From a virus, in IMG/VR virus record IMGVR_UViG_3300049847_000494, positions 32,001 to 96,000 of that record: 64,000 nucleotides of DNA; one strand, written 5' to 3'. A program made the position numbers and the translations under genes. The first letter of the stretch is position 1. Each line of letters begins with the position of its first letter. Positions 1 through 8,763 of the stretch are shown here, piece after piece. Under the pieces are notes generated by a model. It worked only from the letters and a program-made list of their open reading frames with translations, was not told the origin of the DNA and made no database searches.

Positions 1-179
1 TAAGGCGGTCTCAATGATCCATCAAGATTATGAATACCAGCAGCAACAGAGGAAAGAAAAACATCCCTAGGTGTCATAGCAGCTACACGATTCATGAACC
101 TAGCGTGAGCCTCAGCATTAGGATTAGCACGAGGTTTTAAATTTCGCCAAAAGTCCAATATTTCCTTAGGTATGGTCAT
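1..179 (-). CDS. hypothetical protein, 3'-truncated by window edge (MTIPKEILDFWRNLKPRANP...)
   Basis: ATG at 179-177 overlaps the upstream TGA (ATGA coupling); frame open to the window start; not in the ORF track. Confidence 0.6.
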   Translation of the reverse strand, partial: MTIPKEILDFWRNLKPRANPNAEAHARFMNRVAAMTPRDVFLSSVAAGIHNLDGSLRPP

Positions 180-1246
180 TTAATAATCTGAGAAATACCA
201 ACTATATGCCGAGTAAGCTTACCATGCTCCTTATGCCATATGTCACAAACTAACTCTCTACCTGATCTATAACCTTTAGAGTTATGCCAAGCATCCTTAG
301 CAGCAAGAGTTCTGAAGGTCTCCACCATACACCCAGGATATTCCCTTGAAATTAGCGAGTGTAAATGCCCGAGATACCATTGTCGAGTGGTATTTGTACT
401 TCGAGCCCAAGCATCTTTCTTATCGGTTGCCATTAAAAGTGGTAAATTTTCGGGTTTGACATTATGACCGTGATGTACAGCTAATAAACACTTACCAAAC
501 TCAAACCAATGAAATGGTGTAGGTGCTGTATCAATAAAAACTCGTGGGTTATTTTGATAATGATGAGCTAAACATAGGCTAAGCATGGAAGATGAATAAT
601 TGTCATGGTTTCCTATGGAATTTATTAAAGTTACTTTCTTATGCTTCTCAAGCGCACAATTGATACACTGAATCATTATATTAATACCAATCCGCATTAC
701 TTTAGCCCAACGGGAATCAACATCTAGTTGAGCACCACTTTGTTCTGTTCTAGCCGCGTTATTATCAGCATGAAAGAAGTCACCAAGGTTTATAAGTAAA
801 GCTTGCTCACTAGCCGGAGCTAAACCAACAAGTTTATTAATAGCTGCTACTAAAGTTTCTTCAGCAATCTTAAGGTCAAAATCTTCCCCAGCTTCATCTT
901 TCCAAGCTAACATACCAATGTGAGCATCACCAATAACGTAGGTTGCAAGAAGATCTTCATTATGATCTTTTTCTACCAGTTTGATTTCAGGTGCTACTTT
1001 AATATCTCTTTCAGCCATAGCTACTTGGAAAGCATCAAGGATAGCTTGTGGGTCTTCTAAGCTTTTTTGTGTTTTAACCCAAGTTTGGGTTACGTTGCCA
1101 TCTTTATTAATTAGGGTACTAACCCCCCTTAGGTGGTAACCCAAAGGGGCTTGGTAGTTATGTAGTGCGGGATCTTTCTTAGCTTGACGCCGTGCATAAG
1201 CTTGAGCAATAATATCATCTGCTGTAAGTTTAGGATTAACTTTCAT
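176..1246 (-). CDS. calcineurin-like metallophosphoesterase, phage type
   Basis: All five motifs present: GDAHIG, NLGDFFH, GNHD, HHGH, GHLH. Confidence 0.85.
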   Translation of the reverse strand: MKVNPKLTADDIIAQAYARRQAKKDPALHNYQAPLGYHLRGVSTLINKDGNVTQTWVKTQKSLEDPQAILDAFQVAMAERDIKVAPEIKLVEKDHNEDLLATYVIGDAHIGMLAWKDEAGEDFDLKIAEETLVAAINKLVGLAPASEQALLINLGDFFHADNNAARTEQSGAQLDVDSRWAKVMRIGINIMIQCINCALEKHKKVTLINSIGNHDNYSSSMLSLCLAHHYQNNPRVFIDTAPTPFHWFEFGKCLLAVHHGHNVKPENLPLLMATDKKDAWARSTNTTRQWYLGHLHSLISREYPGCMVETFRTLAAKDAWHNSKGYRSGRELVCDIWHKEHGKLTRHIVGISQIIK

Positions 1247-1295
1247 TTTAACCTTTAGCTAAGAAATTGTATTTAAACGAGAGCTACACAAATAT

Positions 1296-1377
1296 CTGGC
1301 TTTAAGCAATTTTATTTAAAGCTACAAGAACCAATTAAAACTGCTTAAAACCAGCTAGCCTCTTCAGCTAACTAGCT
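1296..1377 (-). promoter_or_regulatory. intergenic hairpins: weak terminator-like stem (1353-1377) followed by a 19-bp stem (1296-1354)
   Basis: CUGGUUUUAAGCAGUUUUA pairs with UAAAAUUGCUUAAAGCCAG with two G-U wobbles only on the minus strand. Confidence 0.45.
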
Positions 1378-1385
1378 TTATTTAC

Positions 1386-1904
1386 TTAGAGGGAAAGTGT
1401 ACGTCCAAAGTTAGCCTTTAGCAGCCTGTTGAGGCTTGAAGTTGAACCTACATCAAGGCTGTAGTCATTATTAAGCTTAGAAATTACTTCCTGACGAGTT
1501 ACCCTCTTTGAGGCGTCTTTTGCTTTATCATTATTCCTAAGAGTACGTTCTAGGTATGATAAAGCTTGCTTCGATAACACCCTGCGCTTATTAGGATTGA
1601 CTGCTACCGTTTCATTAGTAAGTTCTGGAGATGCCCCTGTGAATGTACGTCCAAAATTAGCCTTTAGTAGGCTATTCAGCCCCTTGTAAGAACCTGACCA
1701 CCACTTATTATGACTAAGTAGATCTAAAACTTCATCACGGGTTACCTTTTCCACTCGGGAGGTACAAGTGTCGTTATACTGTAGGATCTTCCAGAGCTCA
1801 CTAATAGCTGCCTTAGGTAGATAATAAGGTGAATCCTTTGCTACAGCTAGTGTTACTGGATGGGTTCGGACAGATGAGCACTCTTCGTTCTTTTTCTTGG
1901 ACAT
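1386..1904 (-). CDS. hypothetical protein built of two tandem ~60-aa helical domains
   Basis: Internal duplication: ...VTRDEVL...LNSLLKANFGRT and ...VTRQEVI...LNRLLKANFGRT. Confidence 0.75.
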   Translation of the reverse strand: MSKKKNEECSSVRTHPVTLAVAKDSPYYLPKAAISELWKILQYNDTCTSRVEKVTRDEVLDLLSHNKWWSGSYKGLNSLLKANFGRTFTGASPELTNETVAVNPNKRRVLSKQALSYLERTLRNNDKAKDASKRVTRQEVISKLNNDYSLDVGSTSSLNRLLKANFGRTLSL

Positions 1905-1929
1905 ATAAGACTCCTTAATTGAATGACTA

Positions 1930-2160
1930 CTACACTATAGCCAGACTTCCATCATTTACAAGTTTTTTGAGATTAGGTGAGCTTCTTAATTGTGCAATTG
2001 TTGCGAATTCTAACAAATTGACGGGCTTACGATCTGGTTTGATAACCACATTTCGAACTTTTGCATTTGAATCGGTCCAGTAAATAATAACTTCACCAGA
2101 AATTTTATTCAAAACTGTACAGATACCTTCAGCTAACGATTTCATTAATTTTGCGGACAT
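1930..2160 (-). CDS. small putative virion protein, paralogous to the N-terminal domain of 49727..50431
   Basis: GGAG SD; aligns with the 49727..50431 product (V.N.K..G....TD...V....P...PV....T...LR.S..L..L.N). Confidence 0.7.
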   Translation of the reverse strand: MSAKLMKSLAEGICTVLNKISGEVIIYWTDSNAKVRNVVIKPDRKPVNLLEFATIAQLRSSPNLKKLVNDGSLAIV

Positions 2161-2175
2161 TATATCTCCTAGTAT

Positions 2176-5031
2176 TTATGATGCTTGAGGCTTAAGTTGA
2201 CCACCGTCAGCCATTGCTTGATATACAGCAGGTGCGAAACCTGGTATAACCAGTGTAAAATCAAAGTTAGAACTACCATCAGGGTTCACAGTCATTGATC
2301 GTGACGTAGCCATAGCATAAACACTACCCCTGGATGGTGCTGCTGCACTTTTAGATAATAAAGGATCCCCTATATTTTTTTCTAACTTAGCTTTGGCATC
2401 ATCTACGTTAGGTGCAAATATGGATTCTACTAAACCAGTAACAGTGTTTGCTATAGTAGCATTATCTAAAATATCCTTCTCTGCTTGAGATTTCGACCCT
2501 ATACTTTTAGATATAGATACGCCAGCCCTGGACAGTAATTCAGGAGTCATAGAACCTGCTACTCCTCCTGCAAGAAGTAAGGCTGGAGCTAATAATCCTC
2601 CTGTAGCTACTGTACCACCAGCTAAAAGCGCGGTTACTGCAGCTACTCCTAACGCTCCACCGATCCTACTTAGTGCAATATCGGTGGCAACTTCACCTGC
2701 TAGTAAAGCTTTACCCTCTTCAGATGCAGCTTTTAGTCTATCTCGTTCAAGATAAAGAGAGGCACCTGCTCCTAAAGCAGTACCAATACTACCTGCTTTA
2801 GGTATCTTTACTTTAGGTATCTTGTCTACTAAATTTTTATTAAAATTCCTAAGTCCTACATTTACTCTTGATATTCTACTTAATGGCGGAGGTGTACCTG
2901 TAGGCGGTATTGTAGGTGTACCTGTAGGCGGTATTGTAGGTGTACCTGATGGTGTACCTGTAGGTTTTAGTCCAAACAAAGCTCGTTCCTCTACTGATAG
3001 GTCATCTGAAATCTCAAGCCAAGCCCTACCAGCATTATTAGCATCATTAGCAGCATTAGCAGCATTAGCAGCAGTAGAAGTAACACTAGCTGTAGCTGAA
3101 GTTGCTTGATTTACCATTCTTGAAAGCGTAGCTGACCTGCTTGCAGCCTCTGCTAGTTTAGCTGCAGCACGTTGTGCGATCATCTGTTTAGATTGTGCAC
3201 CACCTAAAGAAACTAGCAAAGATCCTGCACCTAGACCCCATTTATTTATACCTAGGTCGTTTTCAAGACTACCTAAAGCCAAAGCTAATGTATCCTGGGT
3301 AGGATCCGCACTTCTGGGTTTACCATCTGAACCTACGGCTACTCCTAATGCCTCTCGTTGTTTCTCCTCTTTACTGCCTTTAGCTGCTGCAGCGTTAGCA
3401 CCCCTAAGTAGTTGAGAAAAAGCAGCATCTGCGCCTGGAACACCGTTTGCCATATCGATTGCAACTTGTGCAAGCCTAAGCTGATCAGACGCATTAGCTG
3501 CAACTATACCTTGTCGAGATAATGCCATAGCTACTATTCTAGTGTTGTTAGAGGATCCTGATGTTTGAACTAGCTTTTTAGTATATAATTTTTGTATAGT
3601 AGGTGTATCAAGAATGGTTTTTAAAACATAACCACCTTCATATGCATTAGAACTCACACCTTCTATAAGTTGTTTTTTATCAAACTCCCTAGCCGCTTTA
3701 CCTTGAGCATCCTTAGAATATGATTTATTTTTTAGAATATCATCTACAATAGCTTCCATTTCTGCTTTTGATTTTGAACCCAAATCAGCAGCTACTAAAG
3801 CTTCTATACCATTTACATCTGTAGTTTTACCCCTAGCAGCTATACCACCTATAAGCGTTGCAGCGATTGAATTAGCTGACTCAGCCGAGGCACCATACTT
3901 AGCTACTTGTGCTGTTAGCATTGTATAAGATGCAGCAAGCCCACTTATACTACTATTTTGTGTAGCAACCGAGGCAGCAAATGCACTGGCGTGCTTACTT
4001 AAATCTTGAGCATTTTTAGCTAAAAATTGTGACGTTGCACTGGAGGCATCACCTTGAGCATCTTTTAGTTTACCTGGTAAATAGGATATAGCTACATATT
4101 CGCGACTTACACGAGCTAAATCAGCTGAGGTACCTATACCAAACTTTTTAGATTGGTTGGTAAGCTCCTCCAGCGTTATATTAGCAGGTAAAACACCTAA
4201 CTTTCGTAGATTTACAAAGTTAGTGGTAGTATCGACTATATCTTTCCTAGTTTGAGGATTTACTACATCCAAGTTACCGAGTGTTTGTAACGAATCAGTA
4301 AGATTAGCAGCTTCATCGCGTGATAGACCTAGCTTACGAGCTAAGGTAGTTACACTATAAGCCATCTTACCTTGAGCTTCAGTTTGTACCCTTATATTAG
4401 CTTCTGCTTGAGCAGCCAAATTTATATCAATACCTGTAAATGCGGTATTTTTAGCAGCCATCCCGTAATCAGCTTTACTTATCTCTAAATCTTTCCTAAA
4501 CTCTTTCTGTAATCTTATGGTATCACGGGCTGCCGTAGCATAGTTTTGATAAAAATACTTGCTTGTTTGACCAAAAACCGTGCTTGGTGATGATGAGGGG
4601 TCAGATATAGTCTTAAGATATTCTTGTGTATTTTTTAGTGCTGTTGCCCCCATAGCAACCATCTCAGCACTAACATTCCGTAAACCTTGAGGTATTTTAT
4701 TAAAGGTATTACTAATACCCTCACTTACTTTATTGATTTTTTCAGAGTTCTCAAGCAAACGTTGAAAGGGCTTATCCATTAGCTCAATATTGCGTTCGAT
4801 TTTAGCTGTTATCTTATCCTGCTCTAAAAGAGCAGTATTATGAGCTTTTAGTTGTACAGCTATATTTTTTTCTAAGTCTGCTATCTGTTGTGTAGTTAGG
4901 CTTTTATCCTCTACTAAAGAATTAATTTTAGTGGCTAACTCTTTTTCAGTGTTAGAAAGCTGATTTTTAATCTTCAACAAATTAATTTGTTGCTGAAGTG
5001 CAGCTGTCTCTTTATCTATTGGGTCAGCCAT
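2176..5031 (-). CDS. tail tape measure protein
   Basis: 951-aa Ala-rich helical/coiled-coil protein with Gly/Ala hydrophobic C-terminal segments, directly downstream of the frameshifted chaperone pair. Confidence 0.8.
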   Translation of the reverse strand: MADPIDKETAALQQQINLLKIKNQLSNTEKELATKINSLVEDKSLTTQQIADLEKNIAVQLKAHNTALLEQDKITAKIERNIELMDKPFQRLLENSEKINKVSEGISNTFNKIPQGLRNVSAEMVAMGATALKNTQEYLKTISDPSSSPSTVFGQTSKYFYQNYATAARDTIRLQKEFRKDLEISKADYGMAAKNTAFTGIDINLAAQAEANIRVQTEAQGKMAYSVTTLARKLGLSRDEAANLTDSLQTLGNLDVVNPQTRKDIVDTTTNFVNLRKLGVLPANITLEELTNQSKKFGIGTSADLARVSREYVAISYLPGKLKDAQGDASSATSQFLAKNAQDLSKHASAFAASVATQNSSISGLAASYTMLTAQVAKYGASAESANSIAATLIGGIAARGKTTDVNGIEALVAADLGSKSKAEMEAIVDDILKNKSYSKDAQGKAAREFDKKQLIEGVSSNAYEGGYVLKTILDTPTIQKLYTKKLVQTSGSSNNTRIVAMALSRQGIVAANASDQLRLAQVAIDMANGVPGADAAFSQLLRGANAAAAKGSKEEKQREALGVAVGSDGKPRSADPTQDTLALALGSLENDLGINKWGLGAGSLLVSLGGAQSKQMIAQRAAAKLAEAASRSATLSRMVNQATSATASVTSTAANAANAANDANNAGRAWLEISDDLSVEERALFGLKPTGTPSGTPTIPPTGTPTIPPTGTPPPLSRISRVNVGLRNFNKNLVDKIPKVKIPKAGSIGTALGAGASLYLERDRLKAASEEGKALLAGEVATDIALSRIGGALGVAAVTALLAGGTVATGGLLAPALLLAGGVAGSMTPELLSRAGVSISKSIGSKSQAEKDILDNATIANTVTGLVESIFAPNVDDAKAKLEKNIGDPLLSKSAAAPSRGSVYAMATSRSMTVNPDGSSNFDFTLVIPGFAPAVYQAMADGGQLKPQAS
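2891..2964. repeat. 24-bp tandem repeat (PTGTPTIP) in the tape measure gene; a 9-bp repeat also at 3031-3074
   Basis: ggtgtacctgtaggcggtattgta x2 plus partial copies. Confidence 0.9.
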
Positions 5032-5032
5032 A

Positions 5033-5587
5033 TTACCTACCTAACTTAATACCAGGACCAGGTTTGAATCCAGGTTCCTTGCGTGAACCTCGTATATACA
5101 TATCATCAGGATCACTTGCTTTACGCCCCAAGCGCTGGAAGAATTCTTCCTTACTTAATGTAGACATAGAAACAGATCCAGGTGGAGTATAAGGCATACC
5201 AGGGTCATAATTAAAGTTATCATCACCTTCAGTAGGTTCTATGTTAGAACCACCAAACCTTAATTTAAGCTCTTGAACCAGATTTGGTTTCATAATAAGT
5301 GACAAAGGATATCTTATAATATTAAGATCAGTTGCTTTAACATCCTCAATAGTATCCTCACTACCTATCATTGATTCAACAGCTTCCCGTGTCCAACGTA
5401 AACCTAGTATCTCTTCCAATCGTATAAACTGCTGGGATTCCTCTTCTTTAAAGAAAGCTAATGATATCTCAGCTTGCTCATGGGTAAGATCCAGCAGCCT
5501 TGGATCATTAATCGTGGTTTTCATTTTCGCAGCAAGCTTACCGCGACACCACAAATCATAATCTTCTTGCTTAAGCTGCTCTAGACT
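5033..5587 (-). CDS. tail assembly chaperone T-frame (C-terminal part of the GT fusion made by -1 frameshift)
   Basis: The -1 frame is open from the slippery site (SLEQLKQEDYDLWCRGK...) into the 5033..5554 ORF, whose TTG start has no SD. Confidence 0.75.
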   Translation of the reverse strand, partial: SLEQLKQEDYDLWCRGKLAAKMKTTINDPRLLDLTHEQAEISLAFFKEEESQQFIRLEEILGLRWTREAVESMIGSEDTIEDVKATDLNIIRYPLSLIMKPNLVQELKLRFGGSNIEPTEGDDNFNYDPGMPYTPPGSVSMSTLSKEEFFQRLGRKASDPDDMYIRGSRKEPGFKPGPGIKLGR

Positions 5588-6273
5588 AAAGGGCTTTCAA
5601 CCTTCTCTTCACTTAGAGTCTTATATTGACCACCAATCTTTGTATCTAAAGCTTCACGTAGTTCTTCAACTAGATTAAAGAATGAACCACGCAGCTCTTC
5701 CATCAAAGCTGCAGCCGCCTCAAAACGTACGGTAGCTGGTGGGTAATAAGGATCTCTTACCTGATTATCAGTAGGTACATCAAAAACCAAGTAAGTAGGT
5801 GTTGGTAATGCAATAGGATCAAAATTAAAGTCCATAGCACAAACAGAAACTGCTATACTTGTTAAGTTCCAAGCTACAACAAGAGGCAGATCAGTTAGAT
5901 TTCTAGCCTGCTCTAATGCCCACTGAAAATCTTCATACCCCATAGCCCGTAAATGAAAGGTCATAGATAAATTCTCATCACCTTCCCCTTTATATGTGAC
6001 CGTATGTGGTACCTTAGTAATCCGCTTAATACCAAAAGCTTCACGGAATTTCTGCAACTGTAAGGATGGTTTCTTTTTAGGTGGTAGCGTTGCTTGCTTC
6101 ACAGGAGCTTTAGGCGGGACTACGGTATCAGCTGTATATACAGCGCCAAAAGGTGCTGTTACTTCCTCAGCGGAGGAGAATGGATCTTCATCTACAGGCT
6201 TATCCTGACCAGGGTAAGGTAGGTCATCATCACTAATACTGCTAACATCAATACGCTCGCCTAATTTTGACAT
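5581..6273 (-). CDS. tail assembly chaperone (gpG-like)
   Basis: Lies between tube and tape measure genes; ends AGC CCT TTA GTC TAG; AAAGGA SD. Confidence 0.75.
   Translation of the reverse strand: MSKLGERIDVSSISDDDLPYPGQDKPVDEDPFSSAEEVTAPFGAVYTADTVVPPKAPVKQATLPPKKKPSLQLQKFREAFGIKRITKVPHTVTYKGEGDENLSMTFHLRAMGYEDFQWALEQARNLTDLPLVVAWNLTSIAVSVCAMDFNFDPIALPTPTYLVFDVPTDNQVRDPYYPPATVRFEAAAALMEELRGSFFNLVEELREALDTKIGGQYKTLSEEKVESPLV
5587..5593 (-). promoter_or_regulatory. programmed -1 ribosomal frameshift heptamer C CCT TTA
   Basis: X XXY YYZ in the correct phase, one codon before the chaperone stop. Confidence 0.8.
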
Positions 6274-6357
6274 GTAATAATCCTTTCAAAAGACTGCTTA
6301 ACTAGATTTACAGGAAAATTTAGCAAAAACCTACTATTAAATAACGGGTTTTAAACT

Positions 6358-6405
6358 AAAAACCCGCTGAAAGTTAGCATGCCTTACGGCAGAGGCTCAG
6401 CGGGT
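6358..6405 (-). terminator. intrinsic terminator-like structure with an internal GUAA-tetraloop hairpin; possible small RNA
   Basis: ACCCGCUGA/UCAGCGGGU stem followed by a U-tract, enclosing UGCC-GUAA-GGCA. Confidence 0.65.
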
Positions 6406-6425
6406 GTGCTAATAATATATAACTA

Positions 6426-7634
6426 TTATACTACTGAATCAAGTAGCTTACGAAGCTTAACACCTAAAGAAGACTCCCAGTTAAGAGTGGTCCATGCGCC
6501 GTGTTCTTCAGAAGCTTCAGCAACATCATGCATTTCGTGCTCAGGGATTTCATAAATGCCCTTAGCTTCATCCTTGGTTTCAAGTACATCAAGTAGCCCA
6601 GCATCATAACCATGGCTCTTGAAGTAATCAAGAGTTTTATACTCGTCAGGCGTTAGCTGGATCGTGTAAACACCAGCCTTTTTATTTACAGGTTTTGCAA
6701 CCTTACGATCAATAAGGTCAGCAATAGCAAAAGCTGCCTTAGTCTCACCAGCTGCAGCTAGTTTCTTAGCTAGAGCATAGAGCTTTTTAGCCTGCTTTTC
6801 GTCGGATTCTTCATCTGACTTTTCATCATCTGACTTTTCAGAGGAATCGTCAGAATCTGAATCGTCATCTTCATCAGTATCTTCTGGCTTAACAGCTGGT
6901 GCCATACCACAATCTGACATTGCAGGGATCGCTGGAGCTTTAGGCATATCATCCATAAGATCGTACTTACGGAGCATAGCCTCTACATCTTCATCCATAA
7001 CATCGGAATCAGCTTTATAAGCCTTACCAGGCTCCTTGCTATCCATATCCTCTGCGTCGTCATCTTCATCATCTTCATCGTCGTCAGCATCAGCTGCATC
7101 GTCAGAATCATCATCGGAATCTGACTCATCGTCAGAATCATCATCGGAATCATCTGAATCATCTGAATCATCTGAATCTGCATCAGAATCTTCGGCGGGC
7201 ATACCATCTTCATCCGTGGTATCTACATCTTCTTTATGATCAAGATCTTCTTCTTCCTTCTTGACTTCTTCTGCATACCGGATAACATGGCGAGCTTCCT
7301 TAAGGTCACCATCCTTAATAAGCTCACTAGCAATATCAAGTAACTCTGTATGAGCAGCCTTTAAAACTCGCTTAGCATCGTGCCGGCTAACAGCCAGCTT
7401 TGGCATAGTAGACATCTTCTTCTTGTTCTTCTTACGACGCTTATTGTTTGACTTAGCAGGCTTAGGAGCAGCTTTCTTTGCTTCTACCTTAGTTACACTA
7501 ACAGGCTTATCTTCAAGTAGCTCAGCAGATACTTCATCAATAAGTCCCGCAAGATCTACATTACCCTTGCTTTCAAGCTCTGCCGCCATGAGATCAAGTT
7601 CTGCTACGATAAGTTGATTTTTTTTATGAGCCAT
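6426..7634 (-). CDS. highly acidic low-complexity protein, putative internal head/core protein
   Basis: Asp/Ser/Glu tracts, a basic patch (NNKRRKKNKKK), three L-x-x-(L/I/M)-A-x-x-L-x-x-x-G helices and a globular C-terminal domain. Confidence 0.7.
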   Translation of the reverse strand: MAHKKNQLIVAELDLMAAELESKGNVDLAGLIDEVSAELLEDKPVSVTKVEAKKAAPKPAKSNNKRRKKNKKKMSTMPKLAVSRHDAKRVLKAAHTELLDIASELIKDGDLKEARHVIRYAEEVKKEEEDLDHKEDVDTTDEDGMPAEDSDADSDDSDDSDDSDDDSDDESDSDDDSDDAADADDDEDDEDDDAEDMDSKEPGKAYKADSDVMDEDVEAMLRKYDLMDDMPKAPAIPAMSDCGMAPAVKPEDTDEDDDSDSDDSSEKSDDEKSDEESDEKQAKKLYALAKKLAAAGETKAAFAIADLIDRKVAKPVNKKAGVYTIQLTPDEYKTLDYFKSHGYDAGLLDVLETKDEAKGIYEIPEHEMHDVAEASEEHGAWTTLNWESSLGVKLRKLLDSVV

Positions 7635-7716
7635 TGTGCTTTTTCCTACTTTAATAAAAATCTAGCCAAAAACCTGAACCATTTCAGATTTATAGCTAAA
7701 TTTGAAAAATATTTGC

Positions 7717-8259
7717 TTATACGCCCCTGCTACGACTAACGAAAGCTAATGTTGCATTCATTTTTACAGTAGGTGTGTCTTGAGCTTTGAAACCTTCTGT
7801 ATTTCGATCAGTAAACCAACAACCACGGTAAGTCCATGTACGATTAATATTAGTACCTTGGTATAAATATTCTGTTACTGTAAATGGTCGAGTTTGATCC
7901 ATTAAATCAGCCCAGATAGCAGTATCCCCATAACCAAGAGCTTTTTCTAACTCTTGATTCCATATTTCAATTTTAGTACAATTTACAGTATAACCTTCAT
8001 TTATACCGGGTACGTAATCAACAGGACGACCAAAGGTAAAAGAATTTAACTCGTAAATATGCTCACCTTTACGTGAGTACATTTTAGGTTCCCAAGTCTG
8101 GATTCTCCCGATTAGACTATTTTCCATAACAATAGCAATACCATGATAAGTTTTAGTATCAGGAGAATCAGCCCGACTATAATCTAGCTTTGTACCTAAA
8201 ACACCGAAATTATTCTGAGAAAATCTATTCTGCTGCGGAGTAGCCATGGTATACCTCAA
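7717..8259 (-). CDS. tail tube protein (true start probably ATG at 8247)
   Basis: Downstream of sheath; IGRIQTW, YELNS...DYVPG and WTYRGCWF motifs typical of contractile tube proteins; GAGG precedes ATG 8247. Confidence 0.75.
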   Translation of the reverse strand: MRYTMATPQQNRFSQNNFGVLGTKLDYSRADSPDTKTYHGIAIVMENSLIGRIQTWEPKMYSRKGEHIYELNSFTFGRPVDYVPGINEGYTVNCTKIEIWNQELEKALGYGDTAIWADLMDQTRPFTVTEYLYQGTNINRTWTYRGCWFTDRNTEGFKAQDTPTVKMNATLAFVSRSRGV

Positions 8260-8322
8260 ATTTTGCTCAAATAGAGCAAAAAGTATATAAAAATAATACC
8301 TTTAAAACTTAAATAACAAGTT

Positions 8323-8760
8323 TTAATACCAAGTTGATACTAAGGCTTGCTCTAATGTTTTACCTTCAGCTAATGCTTCTCTAAACTTTAAACGAGCTTC
8401 TTCAGCGGCTTTAGCAGCTTTTCGCTTATCTGTTTGATGCTCTGCTGCTAATCTACCCGCATGCAACTCTAGATGAGAAGTTAGAACTTCCTTAATTTCA
8501 CGCTGCGAAGCTAATAAGCTTGCATTTACAGTTTTAATCTCATCTATCTCAGACTTAAGTTTGACATTCTCGCTGACTAAGTACTTACGTGTATTATCCA
8601 GATTTTCTTTTGTAGCTAAAGTAGCTAAAAATTGAGCAGCTTGAAATCCAAATAAAACTACCGAAAAGGTAGAGCCTATAACTAGGGTTACCCACGAATG
8701 TGCTTTATGCAACTTCGTGTGCAACGAAGGTATAGGCTCTGTCGCCATTACGGTCCTCAA
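8323..8760 (-). CDS. membrane-anchored coiled-coil protein (possible holin/lysis accessory)
   Basis: One hydrophobic helix (WVTLVIGSTFSVVLFGF) followed by coiled coil. Confidence 0.55.
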   Translation of the reverse strand: MRTVMATEPIPSLHTKLHKAHSWVTLVIGSTFSVVLFGFQAAQFLATLATKENLDNTRKYLVSENVKLKSEIDEIKTVNASLLASQREIKEVLTSHLELHAGRLAAEHQTDKRKAAKAAEEARLKFREALAEGKTLEQALVSTWY

Positions 8761-8763
8761 CTA

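Noticed and set aside
5055-5085. GGTTTGAATCC T-loop-like sequence suggesting a tRNA
   Set aside because: It lies inside a coding region and no cloverleaf can be built; no tRNA was found in the window
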